Below, in pieces: positions 59,749 to 64,000 of a DNA stretch of 64,000 nucleotides. Position 1 is the first letter of the stretch. Every line of letters starts with the position of its first letter. Source of the stretch: an uncultured Lentisphaerales bacterium (GTDB taxonomy: Bacteria; Verrucomicrobiota; Lentisphaeria; JABSQK01; UBA12247); contig CALSSJ010000031.1 in the NCBI GenBank assembly GCA_943788985.1, positions 64,001 through 128,000 on the forward strand. The letters run 5' to 3'. The notes beneath the pieces were generated by a model that was not told the origin of the DNA, did not search any database, and saw only the letters and a list, made by a program, of their open reading frames with translations. Made by a program: the position numbers and the translations under genes.

Positions 59749-62550
59749 CTATTGGCATAGCTTGTTTATCAGCTTCTTCCAAGTGCCGCAATCCTCCGCC
59801 GACTCACACTTGGCTTGCAGCAGCCGGCAAATTTTGTCTGTGTCAGCATCCTCTCGTGTGGCAGCATGAAGACCGTACGCAAAGTAGATGTCATCAAAAA
59901 TCCCTAGCATAAATTCGGCGCCTGCCGCCATCAGATTGATTCTCGCATCCTTGAACCTTCCTGTGACCAGCGCGAAAGCTCCGAGGTTTCGCTGCAGATC
60001 CAAGTCCTCAGAGCCGTAAGAGGTGATCGCCAATTCCTGAAACATAGGCCAGGGAATCTCTTTGATTTCCTTTTTGAAGGTTCCGATAGAGCGATAATTC
60101 CCCAGTTGTGGGCTGTGCTGCTCTTTATCAACAATCATGTGCGTCCGGCCAATGCTCAGAATTCGCTGCCGTCCAAGCCCATCGATCACAACCTCCTTGA
60201 AACGAACCTTGTGCCCGTTCAACTTGGCCCCTGTCGTCGCCACAAGCAGATAGTACTGCTGCCCCCAGCCCAAGCACTCCCCTAGGCTATCGAACCATTC
60301 GTTCCGGAGTGCGTAGAAATCCTGTTCCCTCTCTTCCAATCCCCGCAAGCTCTGCTTCAGATCGTCAAACGCTCCGCCCTCTACCGCCTCTCCGATGGCG
60401 TCGTTGAATGCGCGGTTCGCATCGGAGGCATCCCAGGCTTCAGGAACTTCAAACTTCACCATCAGCGACTTTAGCTTTCGTTGAAAGGAACGCTCTGCGT
60501 TGTCCTTGAGGTTTCGCGAAGCGCGCACCACGCCCTCCGCTCGTGAAATTTGCCGCGATGCTCTTGCCGGGTATCCCTGCTTGCCTTCGTCCGTTTGTAG
60601 GTCGCGCAACAAGTCCAAGCCCTGAGTAAAATCCCCTTCAGCACAATGCGGAACGACCGCGCCAATCACGCTCCGCCTCTCTCGCTCGAAAATCTCCTCA
60701 AGGGAGTCAACACCACGTTCGACCTCATCAAAGACGTCCTGCACAGATTGATTGACCTGCCCGATCTTGTCGATCAGCAACATGGCCTGCTCCTCATGAA
60801 CGCTCGCCAGAGCACTGGTAAAGCGACGCAGTTTCAGCCCAGCTCGCTCCTTATCCTTCCAGTCCTCTCGCAAGAACCGAACCTCGTACTCCTCAATCAT
60901 TTCCAAATCGCGTGTCACCACCCCGCCGATCCCCTTCGCCAGCTTGCGGAGAGTCAGCTCATGCTTGTCTTCTAGTCCCAGCGAGCGGTGGTAACTTGCC
61001 TGCCCATGAGGCAGTACAAAAATGCTGTCGCGATGGTTCGGGTTAGCCTTGAACTGCATGAACTGTGCATGCATATCGCGCGCTTCCTTCAAGTTCGCGG
61101 GCTTCACGCCGATCAAAGGCTGCAACTCGCGAAAGGCGGCCATTTCACTCGGTCGCGCAATCTCCAGTTGCCTTAGTAGTGATGCCTCGTCCGTCGGGGG
61201 CTTATCAGCAAGAACTGTCGCGAAAAGCGCGCCAACAATCGCCGCTATGGCCACGAGTGCCGCAACCCCAATCAAAACCGCAGGTATGACTGACTTCTTC
61301 GGCGTCCGCGATTTTTCCTTGGCCGCACCAGGCACATCTGCGTCCTGCTCGACGCTCGCCTTAGGCTGGCGCTTGCGGATGGTTGTTTTCTTCTTCGGGC
61401 CGCCTGTCTTCTTTGGGATGGCCTTCGTCGGCACGGCAGGTGCCGCCGCTTCCTCTCCCGCTATCGGTTCTTCAGTGGCGAGCTCGTCCTCATCAACGGA
61501 CTCGACCTCGACCATGGGCGCAGCCTTCTTCCGAGGCCGACGCTTCTTTTTCAGCTTGGCCGACTTCTTGGAAACAGGTGCTTCCTCCTCCTCTTCCTCT
61601 TCCTGGTCACCTACTTTCGAAAGTAGCTCGTCCAGTGCCGCGACGAGTTCTGCAGCATCATTGTAGCGGTCTTCCGGACGCTTAGCCATCATCCGGTCGA
61701 TGACCTCGGTCACCTGTGGTGGAACGCTCTCATTAACGTCATGCGCGGATTCAAGCTGGGCCTCCAGATGCATGCGGGCAATTTCACCTGCCGAATTTCC
61801 CTCAAACGGGAATCGACCTGTGACTGCATGAAAGAAGGTCGCGCCTAGGCTGTAGATGTCACCACGCACGTCCATCGGCCGGCCAAGCAACTGCTCGGGG
61901 CTGATGTACTGGGGCGTGCCCATCACCTCATCTTCCTCGTCCACATCGGCCAATTCTGCGGCCTTCCTGGCCAATCCTAGGTCGGCAAGCTTCGCTACAC
62001 CCTTGTTGGTAATCATGATGTTGTCGGGCTTGATGTCCCGGTGAACCAGCGACTGATTCTTCCACGCAAAGTCCAGCGCCTCTGCGATCTGGCGCATGAT
62101 CTGAATCGCATTCGCAATCCCGACCGTACCTTCCGCCTTCATGATCTTCTTCAGCGTGCTGCCTTCCACATACTCCATCGCGAAGAAGTAAATACCGTCT
62201 TCTTCTCCGACTGCATACGACTGAACGATATTCAAGTGGTTTAACCGGGCAGCAGCTCTCGCTTCTTTGACAAAATCCACGACGAAATCGCGATCCTGCG
62301 AGAACTCTTGCATCAAAACCTTCAAGGCAACGGGGCGATCCAGCGACAACTGATGGGCGAGGTACACCATCCCCATCCCGCCCTTGCCGATGATCTCCTT
62401 GATCACAAAATCATCAATCACCACGGACGGCGAAAAACGCGATCCAGGCACAATACTGACACCACCACAGTTCCCGCATCCGACGGGTTGACCGCATTCC
62501 GTATCAGGAATCGAAACTATACTTTGACAATGGGGACACTGAAACTGCAA
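59749..62550 (-). CDS. Membrane Ser/Thr kinase with N-terminal zinc ribbon
   Basis: CPHC..CGNC; GKGGMG, HRDIKPDN, DLG, SPE; acidic/Lys-rich linker, single TM, large helical C-terminus. Confidence 0.92.
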   Translation of the reverse strand: MQFQCPHCQSIVSIPDTECGQPVGCGNCGGVSIVPGSRFSPSVVIDDFVIKEIIGKGGMGMVYLAHQLSLDRPVALKVLMQEFSQDRDFVVDFVKEARAAARLNHLNIVQSYAVGEEDGIYFFAMEYVEGSTLKKIMKAEGTVGIANAIQIMRQIAEALDFAWKNQSLVHRDIKPDNIMITNKGVAKLADLGLARKAAELADVDEEDEVMGTPQYISPEQLLGRPMDVRGDIYSLGATFFHAVTGRFPFEGNSAGEIARMHLEAQLESAHDVNESVPPQVTEVIDRMMAKRPEDRYNDAAELVAALDELLSKVGDQEEEEEEEAPVSKKSAKLKKKRRPRKKAAPMVEVESVDEDELATEEPIAGEEAAAPAVPTKAIPKKTGGPKKKTTIRKRQPKASVEQDADVPGAAKEKSRTPKKSVIPAVLIGVAALVAIAAIVGALFATVLADKPPTDEASLLRQLEIARPSEMAAFRELQPLIGVKPANLKEARDMHAQFMQFKANPNHRDSIFVLPHGQASYHRSLGLEDKHELTLRKLAKGIGGVVTRDLEMIEEYEVRFLREDWKDKERAGLKLRRFTSALASVHEEQAMLLIDKIGQVNQSVQDVFDEVERGVDSLEEIFERERRSVIGAVVPHCAEGDFTQGLDLLRDLQTDEGKQGYPARASRQISRAEGVVRASRNLKDNAERSFQRKLKSLMVKFEVPEAWDASDANRAFNDAIGEAVEGGAFDDLKQSLRGLEEREQDFYALRNEWFDSLGECLGWGQQYYLLVATTGAKLNGHKVRFKEVVIDGLGRQRILSIGRTHMIVDKEQHSPQLGNYRSIGTFKKEIKEIPWPMFQELAITSYGSEDLDLQRNLGAFALVTGRFKDARINLMAAGAEFMLGIFDDIYFAYGLHAATREDADTDKICRLLQAKCESAEDCGTWKKLINKLCQ

Positions 62551-62902
62551 ATAATTTTCCTATTCGACGTCTATTTTCGGTATAGATAATCGCAACATAG
62601 ATCGAAAAACGCCTGTGAATTCTCCGAGATCTCGCTTGCTTCTAAAATGGTCTGCACCTGAGCGAGCAAAAAGGAATGTTCGCGCCGACGAAAAAATGTA
62701 CTCACATCCCCCAAAGTCTTCTCAGGCGAACGAATCATACCGCTCTCAAACTTGCCGAACGATTCATCAAGAAAGGTCTCCGATTCCCGTTCCCTCAGCC
62801 CGTGATGCACGAGACAGTCAATTGCGGCCTGGTTACGCTTCGCACTGATTACCCCCATCCACCTTCATGGCGATTACAAAGAGATCGGCAAGGCGCTTTA
62901 GT

Positions 62903-62918
62903 TTTCCGATATCGGAAA
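62903..62918. promoter_or_regulatory. Perfect 16-bp palindrome in the intergenic region upstream of the kinase
   Basis: TTTCCGATATCGGAAA. Confidence 0.35.
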
Positions 62919-63056
62919 GCGGTGGCATAGACAGATTCCAATCTAGTCAGCACGAAAGGTAAACCATACGATCGACTCGCCAAACGTCCAATCAACCTTG
63001 CGGTCTACGCACAAATCAGCAGTGCGTGTTGTCCGCCGCGAATCACAGGATCCGCG

Positions 63057-64000
63057 TCAGACAATTGCGCGATCTGCACAATACCAAGCTAACTCATTGG
63101 CCAATCGCCGACATTGCTTCAGCTGCGCCTGATTCGGAACGCTTCCTTCGTGGATGCAGACCATAAACATATGATCATGACCGGCGAAGGTAACCGCATG
63201 CTGCTCTAGGTAGAAGGTAAACATGTCGGCTGCGGGCAACCGGCTCTGCTTCAGAGCCTTTGCACCGCGACGATGCAGTTGCGGTCCCGCACCACATAGG
63301 CCTTCGACCAGTGACTCCAGACGTGCAGGGACATCCTTCGCAATGACGTCGCCGTTCGCATCCGCGATAATCACCCCGTCCAGACCGATCTGCGCACGCG
63401 CAACGGCGGCCAGCTGGGCTAAGCTAATCTCCTCTGACGGAACACCGAACGCCTTCGTTCACCGCCAACTCAGTCGCGCGCAAGTCGCGACTCGCGCTCA
63501 TGCAGGTCATCGTTCGGTAGGTGTGAGCGCCGAGTCCGGCCACGTCCATCAGATCCTGGACCCGCGCAAAACGCCCTTGAGCGTCTCGGTGCGCCACAAT
63601 AGCCGCGGCAATGTGAGGCCCAACACCGGCCAAGCGGCTTAGTTCGGGCTCAGTCGCCGTGTTCACGTCGACGCCGTACGGCGCCCGGCTAGCCCAAAGG
63701 ACACTATGATCAACCTTTTCCTTATCCGTCTGGCCATCTCGAATCAGCTCATTTCGCCGGGCCACGGACTCACCAAAATAGTCGTGAGCGACGCTCCGCA
63801 GTTCCAACGTATCCTGCGTGGAGATCTCATGGTCCGGTCCATTAAACGGAGTCGGCTCTGCCAACGCTGCCGGGGCCGCAACTGCACTCTCCGCAATGGG
63901 CTTTCGGACTGGTGCCGGAGGTGCTGGCAGGACGGGCGGAGCCAGAGGTTCCCGGGGCACGGGTGCAGGAGGCGGTGGCAGGCCTAAATCATCTGACGCA
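63057..64000 (-). CDS. Pro-rich linker + ComEA-like helix-hairpin-helix + roadblock/LC7-like domain; 5' end outside the window, frameshift at about 63454
   Basis: VDVNTATEPELSRLAGVGPHIAAAIVAHRDAQGRFARVQDLMDVAGLG; the shifted frame gives AFGVPSEEISLAQLA..GLDGVIIADANGDVIA. Confidence 0.7.

Overview
GC-rich bacterial chromosomal window. Sulfatases, Zn-ribbon Ser/Thr kinases and an LplT-Aas fusion suggest a PVC-superphylum organism, possibly Lentisphaerota (inference). Housekeeping genes include tRNA-Tyr, an ABC-F ATPase, rlmN, dinB, pepD, a PIN-PhoH protein, two ppk2, bcp, msrAB, ade and proS. Five things stand out. (1) A long minus-strand operon runs P1B-ATPase, three SPFH (HflK/HflC) genes, dinB, then a RelE-like/UvrD-helicase/TPR protein that resembles animal TRANK1. 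(2) An integrase-less accessory region (about 19.9-29.8 kb) sits at the 3' end of an OlsF-like acyltransferase. That 3' end is duplicated with only synonymous changes, and the region carries a RAYT HUH transposase, its REP-like repeats, four secreted cargo genes, a PIN toxin pair and a second hairpin repeat family. (3) An nrfH-nrfA chimeric pseudogene was produced by an in-frame deletion at a shared His-Arg-Glu sequence. (4) There are several unusual fusions: TIM-barrel epimerase plus Gfo/Idh/MocA, flippase plus esterase, and HhH plus roadblock-like. (5) Six apparent single-base frameshifts in otherwise intact genes probably reflect assembly errors. All family assignments come from motif recognition by eye; no searches were run.
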